The notes below the pieces were generated by a model. The model did not search any database. It saw only the letters and a list, made by a program, of their open reading frames with translations, and was not told the DNA's origin. Position numbers and translations under genes: made by a program. From a virus: DNA of 64,000 nt. The DNA lies in IMG/VR virus record IMGVR_UViG_3300031251_000010, positions 11,810 to 75,809 of that record; one strand, written 5' to 3'. Shown here in pieces: positions 9,270 to 16,918 of this stretch (position 1 is its first letter; each line of letters starts with the position of its first letter).

Positions 9270-9695
9270 TCATGCGTTCGCCGTTGGCTGCTCGACGGGT
9301 GCCGGGTCGCTGTCCACCGCGCACGGGCACGGCGGCGCTGGTTCCCCATCCATCGGTGGCGACATCCACGCCGTGGCCTCTTCCCCGCACTCATTCGCCT
9401 TGTGGGGCGGGTGTGGGCAGTATCCGCACACCGGGTCCGGGTCTACGGCTTCGGGGCGTTCCGCGTACGCGACGAACTCATGCCACGTGTATGACTCGAT
9501 CGGCAGCTCCAAATGGTCCTGCGCTGCCCGGGGAATGGTCTCCGGCGGAACGATGCTCGCCCGGTACTCGACTATGTGGAGGCCTTCAGCGGCGGCGGTC
9601 AGCTCGAACGATTCCCGCGCCAGCCAACGCAACACATCCACGTCGGTGTCCGGCGGCTGAGGGAACAGGGTCCGCAACTGCCGAGCGGCGCTCAC
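9270..9695 (-). CDS. Hypothetical phage protein
   Basis: GTGA coupling at 9695; C-terminal Cys/His cluster. Confidence 0.6.
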   Translation of the reverse strand: MSAARQLRTLFPQPPDTDVDVLRWLARESFELTAAAEGLHIVEYRASIVPPETIPRAAQDHLELPIESYTWHEFVAYAERPEAVDPDPVCGYCPHPPHKANECGEEATAWMSPPMDGEPAPPCPCAVDSDPAPVEQPTANA

Positions 9696-10027
9696 GCTGA
9701 CGCCACCACGAACGCGTCCGCGTTGCCCCGGTAGCAGCCGCCGGTACGCGCCGACATGAAGTAGGCGGTGCCGCCCCACACGTGGTTCACGCGCAGATCG
9801 CCGACGCTGGTACGGGTGGACTCGATTTCAGGCTGGGCGAGGTGTCCATCCTCGATGAGGGACCGCATCGCGGATAGCGCCTGCTGGGCAAGGTAGATCA
9901 CCCGGCGCTGGTGACGGAGCTCGGCGGCGACTAACTCGAGTACGACGTAGCGCGCGGCCATGGGATCTGGTGCGTCGATGGTTATGACGCCGGTAGGGGC
10001 GCAGGTTGGGGCAGTGCGTTGGGGCAT
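9692..10027 (-). CDS. Hypothetical phage protein
   Basis: ATG 10027 with AGGAG RBS. Confidence 0.55.
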   Translation of the reverse strand: MPQRTAPTCAPTGVITIDAPDPMAARYVVLELVAAELRHQRRVIYLAQQALSAMRSLIEDGHLAQPEIESTRTSVGDLRVNHVWGGTAYFMSARTGGCYRGNADAFVVASA

Positions 10028-10100
10028 GTCGGGTTCTCCTGTGCTGCTGAGCATGTGCTGGAGGTGCCGTCACTGGGGAGCCAGAGGCGGTAAGTGACGG

Positions 10101-10601
10101 TCAGGCCGGGTTCGGCGCCGGGTTGTTCTGGAACCACTGCTCGTACTGGGCCTGGGTCTGGAACGGGTGGCGCTGCACCGTGGTCAGATTCACCTCGGTA
10201 CCGGCGGTCACGGGCGCGATGATCGCGAAGTTCCGCCAGGTCCGGTCGCCTCGGTTGAACACCACATTCGAGAAGCTGATGTCGATGTACAGGTCCGCTG
10301 CCCACGAGAGCAGAGGCGTGTTCGCGAACAGCTTCATGCCGAGGGTGCCGTTGGGGTGGCGGAGGCGGCCTTCATCGAGGCGGCCCTCGAACGTGTCGAG
10401 CGCGAAATCCGTTGGGCGGGGGTCGTAGTTCGCGGCCCGGAACGCCCAGCCCTGCGGCAGCCGGTACCGGAACAGGACTGTCGCGGTGATGGGGCGGATG
10501 TCGGGCTCGTTGTCCGGGTCGGTGTTGCGGTCCGCGACGCCCGCCCACGTGTCGTACATGACCGTGAACGACTGCGGAACCGCGAGACCCGGACCGGTCA
10601 C
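10101..10601 (-). CDS. Protein resembling mycobacteriophage minor tail/structural proteins
   Basis: DPDNEPD..ITATVLF...GRLDEGRL...KLFANT...FSNVVFN...FAIIAP pattern recalled from mycobacteriophage structural proteins. Confidence 0.5.
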   Translation of the reverse strand: MTGPGLAVPQSFTVMYDTWAGVADRNTDPDNEPDIRPITATVLFRYRLPQGWAFRAANYDPRPTDFALDTFEGRLDEGRLRHPNGTLGMKLFANTPLLSWAADLYIDISFSNVVFNRGDRTWRNFAIIAPVTAGTEVNLTTVQRHPFQTQAQYEQWFQNNPAPNPA

Positions 10602-10915
10602 TTGGTCTGGCTGCCCTTGCCGCTATCGGCGGTGGTGTCGTAGGCGGAGCCGTCGTGGACGGTCTCCAGTACGCCGGGGGCGCCGTCGTTTTCGCCGGGT
10701 TCGTCGCCCTCGGCGTGGAGTGCGCCGTCAACCACTGTACCGGTAGGGAGGAGCGGGCTCGTTTCGGTGGTGAGGACGGTCAGCTCTCTGCTGGCGGCCT
10801 CTCGGGTGGCCGCGATGGACAGCGCGCCGTCCGGCCCCTCCACGAGACTGAAGTTCTCCACGTCCTGCGAGTACTCGATCCGGTCGTTGAAACGGATCTC
10901 TAACCGTCCTGGCAT
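10598..10915 (-). CDS. Hypothetical acidic phage protein
   Basis: ATG 10915 with AAGGAG RBS; coupled to the next gene. Confidence 0.6.
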   Translation of the reverse strand: MPGRLEIRFNDRIEYSQDVENFSLVEGPDGALSIAATREAASRELTVLTTETSPLLPTGTVVDGALHAEGDEPGENDGAPGVLETVHDGSAYDTTADSGKGSQTK

Positions 10916-11358
10916 GTTGTGCTCCTTCGGTATCCAGGTGTAGTGCTCGGCTGGTAGCTCGACCACACCGCGCAGCCACAGCGGGCTGGCCGGGTTGGGC
11001 ATTTGCTGAATCCTTTTGCGCTGCAATGGTTTTAAGGTGCGCCGGGTGGTTGCCTGTCGCCCGTCGTCGTGACGCGTAGCTGCCATGACGTGTTCCACGC
11101 GAGGGCGGATAGCCCGGCCCGGCGCACCAGCTCAATGACTTCCCGCCCCGCGCGACGCGCAGCGCGCCCTCCACCCCATGACGAGGCTTCCTGGGTGTCC
11201 GGCCGACCCTCCGCCCCAGCAAGACGGTATTGACTGGGTCGGCCTGCTATGGCCCGGCGCAACCGCCTGGGGCGGTCTCGGCTACGGGCCGCGCGCTTAC
11301 CCGGGCAAGCACATACCGGCTTAACGAGGCGCGCGGGGCGGAAAGGGTCAGAAACGAG

Positions 11359-11388
11359 AAAAGGCCCCCGGAAGACTCTCAGGGGCCT
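11359..11388 (-). terminator. Intrinsic terminator
   Basis: AGGCCCCUG...CGGGGGCCU-UUU hairpin downstream of the 11459-12858 genes. Confidence 0.6.
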
Positions 11389-11458
11389 GAACTCTGGGCA
11401 TAGCTCTGCCCGCCACACCTGTATAACACGTTACGTCCGACAACCCATGGAGGCCGCG

Positions 11459-12022
11459 TTACTGCTTGTCGCGCGCCGCCAACGGCTGGCGGTTGTCGGG
11501 TAGCTTTGCCGCATCCCCTTGGAGGTCTTCCAGCTGATTACGCAGCCCATCTCGCGTCTTGTTGCTGCCGGCCATGAACAAATCAGAGATACCCGGAATG
11601 CGGTACTCCGACTTGAGCCCCCAGAACACGATTACCCCACCCACTAAAAAGAAGAACAAGGCTGGCACCAGGTACAAGATGGCCAGCGCTACCTCATCGG
11701 TAGCGAAAGTACGAATACTCGCGTAGAGGTACAAGAATCCGGCCAGCGGGCCGAGTACTAGACCATATGCCGCGAGCCGGAAATCGCGCCGCTTGCGGCT
11801 GTCCGATAAGGCACGGCCCTTCAACCGCACGGCGACCCATCGCTCCAGCCACTCCGCATGCTCGGGGAACTTCCCTTGAAGCTTCTCTGCTAGTTCGAGA
11901 TCCGATTTCAGTGAGTCCCAACCGCGATGCCGGGACGCGGCGGTCCATACAGCCAGTCCCCATGCGGAAATAAGCGCCAGAACCGGCAGTGCAGCGTCCA
12001 CGAGCAAGTTTGAGCTGTCCAT
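11459..12022 (-). CDS. Membrane protein (about 3 TM), moron-like
   Basis: Three hydrophobic segments; more AT-rich codon usage. Confidence 0.7.
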   Translation of the reverse strand: MDSSNLLVDAALPVLALISAWGLAVWTAASRHRGWDSLKSDLELAEKLQGKFPEHAEWLERWVAVRLKGRALSDSRKRRDFRLAAYGLVLGPLAGFLYLYASIRTFATDEVALAILYLVPALFFFLVGGVIVFWGLKSEYRIPGISDLFMAGSNKTRDGLRNQLEDLQGDAAKLPDNRQPLAARDKQ

Positions 12023-12032
12023 TTCGGCCCCC

Positions 12033-12575
12033 TTACAGCGTGAAATCGCCTCTGGCGTACTGGACTGCCAGCGCGAACACCATGAACTGCTGGAGCAGGA
12101 CGCCTGACTGCTCCTCAGAAAGTAGCGCCGAGATGTCCGGCTGGGTGGCTATATCCCCCGCATATACACGCTCCGCAATCCCCACACCAATGTCGGTCGG
12201 CCCCATCACGAAGCCACCCGAGTTCTGGTTAGTTCGGTCCAGGAAATCCTTTGCCTCTGGAAAAAAGTTATCCGGGAGGCTGACCTGCGGGAAGTGTTGG
12301 GCGAGCGATTTTGCCGCTGTTTCCGAGGAGAACCGACACAAGTGACCCATGGCTTTTACCTGAACAAAGTGAATCAGGTTTTGTTTATCCGAGAAATTGG
12401 ACAGTGAAATGTTGTCCAACGCTTCAGGATTAGTGGCTAGATTCTCGATTTCCTGCTCGATAGCTCCAAATACCTTGTACGGCATGATGATGCTGGAGCC
12501 GTCACCGAAGTTGATGGACATCGCGTTGGAGTTGTCCTCTGGCTCACTCTCGAATGCATCATGGCGCCTATCCAT
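12033..12575 (-). CDS. Hypothetical protein, moron-like (lower GC)
   Basis: 180-aa ORF in an AT-richer segment. Confidence 0.65.
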   Translation of the reverse strand: MDRRHDAFESEPEDNSNAMSINFGDGSSIIMPYKVFGAIEQEIENLATNPEALDNISLSNFSDKQNLIHFVQVKAMGHLCRFSSETAAKSLAQHFPQVSLPDNFFPEAKDFLDRTNQNSGGFVMGPTDIGVGIAERVYAGDIATQPDISALLSEEQSGVLLQQFMVFALAVQYARGDFTL

Positions 12576-12858
12576 GACTCGCAGCCCCTTGCCCTGTTCT
12601 GCTTAGGCCAGGATTTGGACCGTCGATGGCCTCGATATTGGCCCAGTCACCGGGGGCGTAAGCGAACCAGCGTGGTGTTCGCGGGCCGGGGTTAGGAGGC
12701 GACAGCGGCCTTTCGATCAGCTGTTCCTTGGTGCCTAACGGGTCGTGGACCAACAGCGTGCCGTCTGTCAGGACGTTCCACTGCGAATCAATCCCGTACT
12801 GGTCGTATATCGGATTGTCAGGGCGGAATACCTTGATCCCGATGTATGCCTCAGCCAT
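12568..12858 (-). CDS. Hypothetical protein, probably leaderless
   Basis: ATG lies 6 nt after a TACGTT -10. Confidence 0.6.
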   Translation of the reverse strand: MAEAYIGIKVFRPDNPIYDQYGIDSQWNVLTDGTLLVHDPLGTKEQLIERPLSPPNPGPRTPRWFAYAPGDWANIEAIDGPNPGLSRTGQGAASHG

Positions 12859-12864
12859 TGGGCA

Positions 12865-12886
12865 AACGTACTACGGCGCAGTGACA
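12865..12886 (-). promoter_or_regulatory. PafBC/RecA-NDp-like promoter
   Basis: TGTCAC-N10-TACGTT, compared with consensus TGTCGG-N10-TANNNT. Confidence 0.5.
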
Positions 12887-12915
12887 GCAGGGCGGTTAGT
12901 CGGAACCAAACGGAG

Positions 12916-13266
12916 CTATCTCGGTTTGCACGCCGTTGCGGCATGTATCGCGAGAAGTGCCGCCGCGACCGTTGGGGCGTCCGCGATGGGGAGTGATCGC
13001 GGGATGCCCGCCAAGGCGATGCGGCCCGTCCGGTCAAGGAAGACTTCGCCATCCGCCCAGGGCTGCTCGCTCAATGGGATCCGAACCGCCCAGCCGCCAT
13101 ACCCGTCAGGGGCGATATTCGGCAGTTCCACCAGCAAGATTCCCTCGGCCGCGAGGAGAGCTGGGAGCACGGACGCTATCCGCCCGGCCACCTCCTCCGG
13201 CGTGCGGACTTCAACGAAAGCGTCCGGGTCTCGGATGAAGCTCGGGTCATGGGTGCGGCTCAGCAT
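12916..13266 (-). CDS. Hypothetical phage protein
   Basis: Likely start MLSRTHDPS inside the 151-aa ORF. Confidence 0.5.
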   Translation of the reverse strand: MLSRTHDPSFIRDPDAFVEVRTPEEVAGRIASVLPALLAAEGILLVELPNIAPDGYGGWAVRIPLSEQPWADGEVFLDRTGRIALAGIPRSLPIADAPTVAAALLAIHAATACKPR

Positions 13267-13361
13267 GTTCGGGATACCCGCGATCACCCGCGCCAATACC
13301 GTGCCGACTGCCATAGGCCACGTTCTACTCTCCGCCACCGACAGCACCCCACTGAGCGCGG

Positions 13362-13835
13362 CTAGTCCCACGGGTTGTCGTATCGCCAGTTGCCCATGAT
13401 GTCGCCGGGGTGCTCACGAAACCCGCGCCGGGTGATCTGTTGCCACTCCATCGGGAGAGGCATGAGCGGGGGCCGGTCGATCAGCAAGTCCAGGTAGCGC
13501 GGTACCTGCTCGAAGACGGGGGCCGCCTCCGTGCCCGACTGGTGCTCATCCCAGGCCAGCATGTAAGCCGAGGGCCACACATCCACGCGGGAGGACGCGA
13601 GCACCACCGTCAGGTACGCGCCGTGCTCATCGACGGCGAGAACCCCACGCGCCCGCGCCGTCCTCTGGTCACGGATGTTCGGGCCCAACCGCCACCAGCA
13701 GTCCAGTGGTCCGGGCACCCGCCGAGCCGATGCCTCACGCGGCGCGGCCTCGATCCGCGCCGGCAGGCGGTCAGGCATCGCGAACCACGGCTCGACACCG
13801 ACCCGTGACGGAGTTCGGGGTGACGCAGTCCTCAT
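13362..13835 (-). CDS. Hypothetical phage protein
   Basis: ORF in the minus-strand operon. Confidence 0.5.
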   Translation of the reverse strand: MRTASPRTPSRVGVEPWFAMPDRLPARIEAAPREASARRVPGPLDCWWRLGPNIRDQRTARARGVLAVDEHGAYLTVVLASSRVDVWPSAYMLAWDEHQSGTEAAPVFEQVPRYLDLLIDRPPLMPLPMEWQQITRRGFREHPGDIMGNWRYDNPWD

Positions 13836-13919
13836 TGGACGAATCGTTGGCGTCCATTTCGAGCAGCCTTCGGGCCGTCACGGCGAACGAAGCGTAGGCA
13901 TCGGCCAAGGCTTCTGCCC

Positions 13920-14225
13920 TCACCTGCGCTCGTGTTCCCACTCGCGCAGGCGGTTCCACGCCGTCATCACTAGGTGGTTATCCGCGTCGGTAGGTACGCC
14001 GTCGAAGATGTGCAGCGCGGTGTAGCCGGGCGTGAAGTAGGTCAGGCCGTGCTGGCTGGAGACTCCACCGCCGTAAGCGTCGCCCTCGATCTCCCATTCG
14101 ATGACCGGACCGCCGTCCGGCGCCACGATAACGATGCGCTCGGTGACCGTCGTGTCCGCGATGCGGTGGGCCAGCTGCACCAGACGCCAAGCAACCCAGC
14201 GGCGGATACCCAACTCCCGGATCAT
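13920..14225 (-). CDS. Hypothetical phage protein
   Basis: ATGA-coupled ORF. Confidence 0.55.
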   Translation of the reverse strand: MIRELGIRRWVAWRLVQLAHRIADTTVTERIVIVAPDGGPVIEWEIEGDAYGGGVSSQHGLTYFTPGYTALHIFDGVPTDADNHLVMTAWNRLREWEHERR

Positions 14226-14641
14226 GCTTCGCTCGGCGCCTCAGTCGGGCCCAGTCGTGCAACTCGTGATTCCGCATACTTCAAAGCGTCTTCGCGGGTG
14301 CCGAACCGTCGCCCACCCTGACTGGAAGTGTTGCCGAAACATCCGGGACGAGTTTCATACTGGTAGTCGCACTCGACGTACGTATCGTAAAGATCATCAC
14401 GCCCAGCGTGATAGCGGTACAGCCCGGATACGACACCGAGTTTCTCGCCGGTTTGCACATCGTAGATATCGTCTCCGACTTGCAGCTTCGACGTTTCACG
14501 CATTTTCGCGTCTAGCCATTCGCGGCGCGCGTCTATCGCTGCCTGCACCGCCGCATTCAAGGCTTCCAGTTCCGACTCCTCGTCGGTATTCAACGGCCTC
14601 TGGGTTCTCATCGGATTACGTTGCTTTCCAATAGAATCCAT
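14222..14641 (-). CDS. Hypothetical phage protein
   Basis: ORF coupled to the downstream gene. Confidence 0.55.
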   Translation of the reverse strand: MDSIGKQRNPMRTQRPLNTDEESELEALNAAVQAAIDARREWLDAKMRETSKLQVGDDIYDVQTGEKLGVVSGLYRYHAGRDDLYDTYVECDYQYETRPGCFGNTSSQGGRRFGTREDALKYAESRVARLGPTEAPSEA

Positions 14642-14660
14642 CCCGCCAGTTCGTAAGTGC

Positions 14661-15050
14661 TCATGGTTTGATCACCGCGATTATGTGCTTTCCGGGCATC
14701 ATGTCGGCCAGCTCGGTCAACGCGTTGATGTGGGTGTGGGCGTCGTCGGGGAGCGGCGTCACGGCCAGCTCCGCGCCATAGGTTCCCTCCAGACCGGCGA
14801 GGTACGCCATGTATGCGTCGGGGTCCGGGAGGTCGGGTACGGCGATGTCGGCGAGCAGCGGATGCTGTTCCAGCAGGGCTGGTTTGCACTCACCTGCGGC
14901 ACGAGGCAACTGATGGGTGAACAGGTTGTCGCCGGTCATGAAGTTGAGGAGTTCGTAGATGTCGCCGATATCGTGCGCGAGCATCCGGTCGGTGGTGACG
15001 GTCAAGATGGCGCCGAGGCCGAACATGCGTGGGGCGGGTGCGGTCATCAC
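14661..15050 (-). CDS. Conserved phage hypothetical protein (paralog of 39476-39853)
   Basis: FGLGAILTVTT...LLNFMTG...QLPRA..C...LLEQHPLL. Confidence 0.7.
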   Translation of the reverse strand: MMTAPAPRMFGLGAILTVTTDRMLAHDIGDIYELLNFMTGDNLFTHQLPRAAGECKPALLEQHPLLADIAVPDLPDPDAYMAYLAGLEGTYGAELAVTPLPDDAHTHINALTELADMMPGKHIIAVIKP

Positions 15051-15823
15051 TTACTCCAATGTCGTTGGTACATATTGACCAGCCACGCGTTGATCCGATC
15101 CCAGTCCGGCCCATCCGGCAGAGACGGGATCGATGCGTGGTACTCAAGGCTCACGGCCAGAGTGTCAAGCCAGCGCTTCACCTCAGGGAGCGGGATCTCG
15201 CCGCGCCGAACGCCCAGCAGTGCATCGCGATGCGCTTGGAGCATGGGTAGGTGCACCCTTCGCTCAGTGAGGAGTTGGATGCCTTGCATACCGAGGCGCA
15301 GTGCGTGATACGCGTATTTGGTGTCGAACCCGTACTGCTCGATGAGTTCGGGCCGGTTGGTGTGCCGGTGGTGAGTGCCCTCCAGGCCCTCCCGCTGAGA
15401 GTTCAAGTAACCAAGGAACTTCCGTCCGGCCTGCTTCGTGACGAACAGCTCTGACGCTGCCTGGAGCTCGGCTCCAAGTTGAGTTTTCACGGTCAGCTCT
15501 TCGTCGGGTATCCAAAGCATCAGCAGCACCGAGGGGTTACCGTCTGCGGCCAGCCGCGTCCACTTCCGCAGGCTATAGATGCACAGATCGAGATCGCCGG
15601 GGCCGGAGCGGGCGCCGTCCGGCTGGGTGCGGTAGATGTACTGCTCGAACTTCTCCAAACCGATTACGGCTTCGGGTGGTTCGATGCAGATGCCCATTTC
15701 GTCGCGGTCGTCGGCGCCGGTCGTGACACCGTGCAGACCGGAGCCGACCTGCCCGCGCAGGATCGTGTTCTCGTCCGCGATAACGCGGTGCCGCTCCGTC
15801 CCGTGGCGCGCTTCGGTACTCAC
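15047..15823 (-). CDS. RlaP/YcgL-like DNA polymerase beta-superfamily nucleotidyltransferase (RNA-repair associated)
   Basis: GSGLHG...DDRDEMG (GS..DxD), DLDLCIYSLRKW, GNPSVL, YGFDTKYAYHALRLG. Confidence 0.85.
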   Translation of the reverse strand: MSTEARHGTERHRVIADENTILRGQVGSGLHGVTTGADDRDEMGICIEPPEAVIGLEKFEQYIYRTQPDGARSGPGDLDLCIYSLRKWTRLAADGNPSVLLMLWIPDEELTVKTQLGAELQAASELFVTKQAGRKFLGYLNSQREGLEGTHHRHTNRPELIEQYGFDTKYAYHALRLGMQGIQLLTERRVHLPMLQAHRDALLGVRRGEIPLPEVKRWLDTLAVSLEYHASIPSLPDGPDWDRINAWLVNMYQRHWSK

Positions 15824-15829
15824 GGCTGA

Positions 15830-16093
15830 TCAATGCCTAGCGACCGGGGTTCGGTCGTGTGGGCCACCGGTCTTCTTCTCCAGTAGTTCGACTTTCCGTC
15901 CGCTCTCTCGATGTTCGAGTTCCGGCGCGTCGAACACATACTCGACCAATTCGCCTTGCCCGTTGAGGCCCTTCAGGTTTACCCGCTCGCAGCCATGCTG
16001 GAAGAAATACACAGCGCTGGCCGTGCCCTCGAAACCCGTTGCGGTGTCGCGATATTTCTGTCCGAGTTCGATCTCGGTATTGAACGTGGTCAT
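15830..16093 (-). CDS. Small SH3-like phage protein
   Basis: LGQKYRDTATGFEG...GC motif; likely start ATG 16093. Confidence 0.65.
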   Translation of the reverse strand: MTTFNTEIELGQKYRDTATGFEGTASAVYFFQHGCERVNLKGLNGQGELVEYVFDAPELEHRESGRKVELLEKKTGGPHDRTPVARH

Positions 16094-16314
16094 GGCCGCA
16101 TTCCTCCGGTTCGTTTGTCGATGATTTTCTGGATGAGTTGGGGGCTGCATTTCACGGCGGTGGCGAGGGTGGCGTGGGTCCACTTCTCGCGCTCGGCCGC
16201 CCAGAGTTCACGTACGAGCCGGTCGCGCTGGCTCCGGTGCCGACTGGCAGAGTCGCGGTCTTCCCCGGCCAGCCGGTGGTGCTCGCGGGCTTGCTGTGCC
16301 CTCGGGTCCATCAA
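16090..16314 (-). CDS. Small HTH-like protein
   Basis: WTHATLATAVKCSPQLIQKI. Confidence 0.55.
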   Translation of the reverse strand: MMDPRAQQAREHHRLAGEDRDSASRHRSQRDRLVRELWAAEREKWTHATLATAVKCSPQLIQKIIDKRTGGMRP

Positions 16315-16742
16315 CGCCCCCCGATGCCTACGCGGCGGCGGGATATCTTCTCGATCGCGGTGATGGCTTCCTCGCCTGGGTCTTCGATCTCGGAGCTGCC
16401 GTGCTCCGCTGCGTCACGGCCGGACTCGAACAACGGCACTGGGCTCACGTACTCGAATGCCGCCTGTACGTCCTCGGAAGACAGCGCGCCCGTGACGGCC
16501 CCAATGCGTATCGCGAGTAGTTCCTCGCCGCCGTGGCAGCCGACCCAGCCCGCACACAGCCGGGCCGCCGCGTCGGCGGCGTCGGTCTGGTGGCACAGGA
16601 AGAGGCCGGTCGGCTGCTCCGAGGTTGGGGCGTCGTAGGCGATAAGCTTCTGGTACTCGGTGGCGTGCCACACGCCGCTGGGTACGTCCTCCCGGTAAGG
16701 GCACGACGCGCAGGGGCGCGGAGCAGGGCCACCCACGCTCAC
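16311..16742 (-). CDS. DUF6283-like Cys-rich protein
   Basis: PCASCPYREDVPSGVW, FLCHQ, RLCAGWVGCH, PLFESG. Confidence 0.7.
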   Translation of the reverse strand: MSVGGPAPRPCASCPYREDVPSGVWHATEYQKLIAYDAPTSEQPTGLFLCHQTDAADAAARLCAGWVGCHGGEELLAIRIGAVTGALSSEDVQAAFEYVSPVPLFESGRDAAEHGSSEIEDPGEEAITAIEKISRRRVGIGGR

Positions 16743-16916
16743 CTAAACACCAACCGTGTCGGAGTCGCGATCTGGATGTATGGATTCCGAATCCCAGTGG
16801 GTTTCAGCGTCTACATGCCCCGAGGTAAATCCTCCACGAAGTTGTCTCGCAACGTATTCCACGTACTCGGCAACAGTGTCGCCGTCGCCGGGTACGTGGA
16901 TAGTGATGGTTGCCAT
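16743..16916 (-). CDS. 57-aa hypothetical protein directly after Ro60
   Basis: MATITIHVPGDGDTVAEYVEYVARQLRGGFTSG...; fills the gap exactly; below the ORF-track size cutoff. Confidence 0.6.
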   Translation of the reverse strand: MATITIHVPGDGDTVAEYVEYVARQLRGGFTSGHVDAETHWDSESIHPDRDSDTVGV

Positions 16917-16918
16917 GG

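Noticed and set aside
11421-11443. Third PafBC-like promoter (TGTCGG...TATACA on the minus strand)
   Set aside because: The spacer is 11 rather than 10 nt and the last T of the -10 is missing. It may be a late promoter but cannot be supported.
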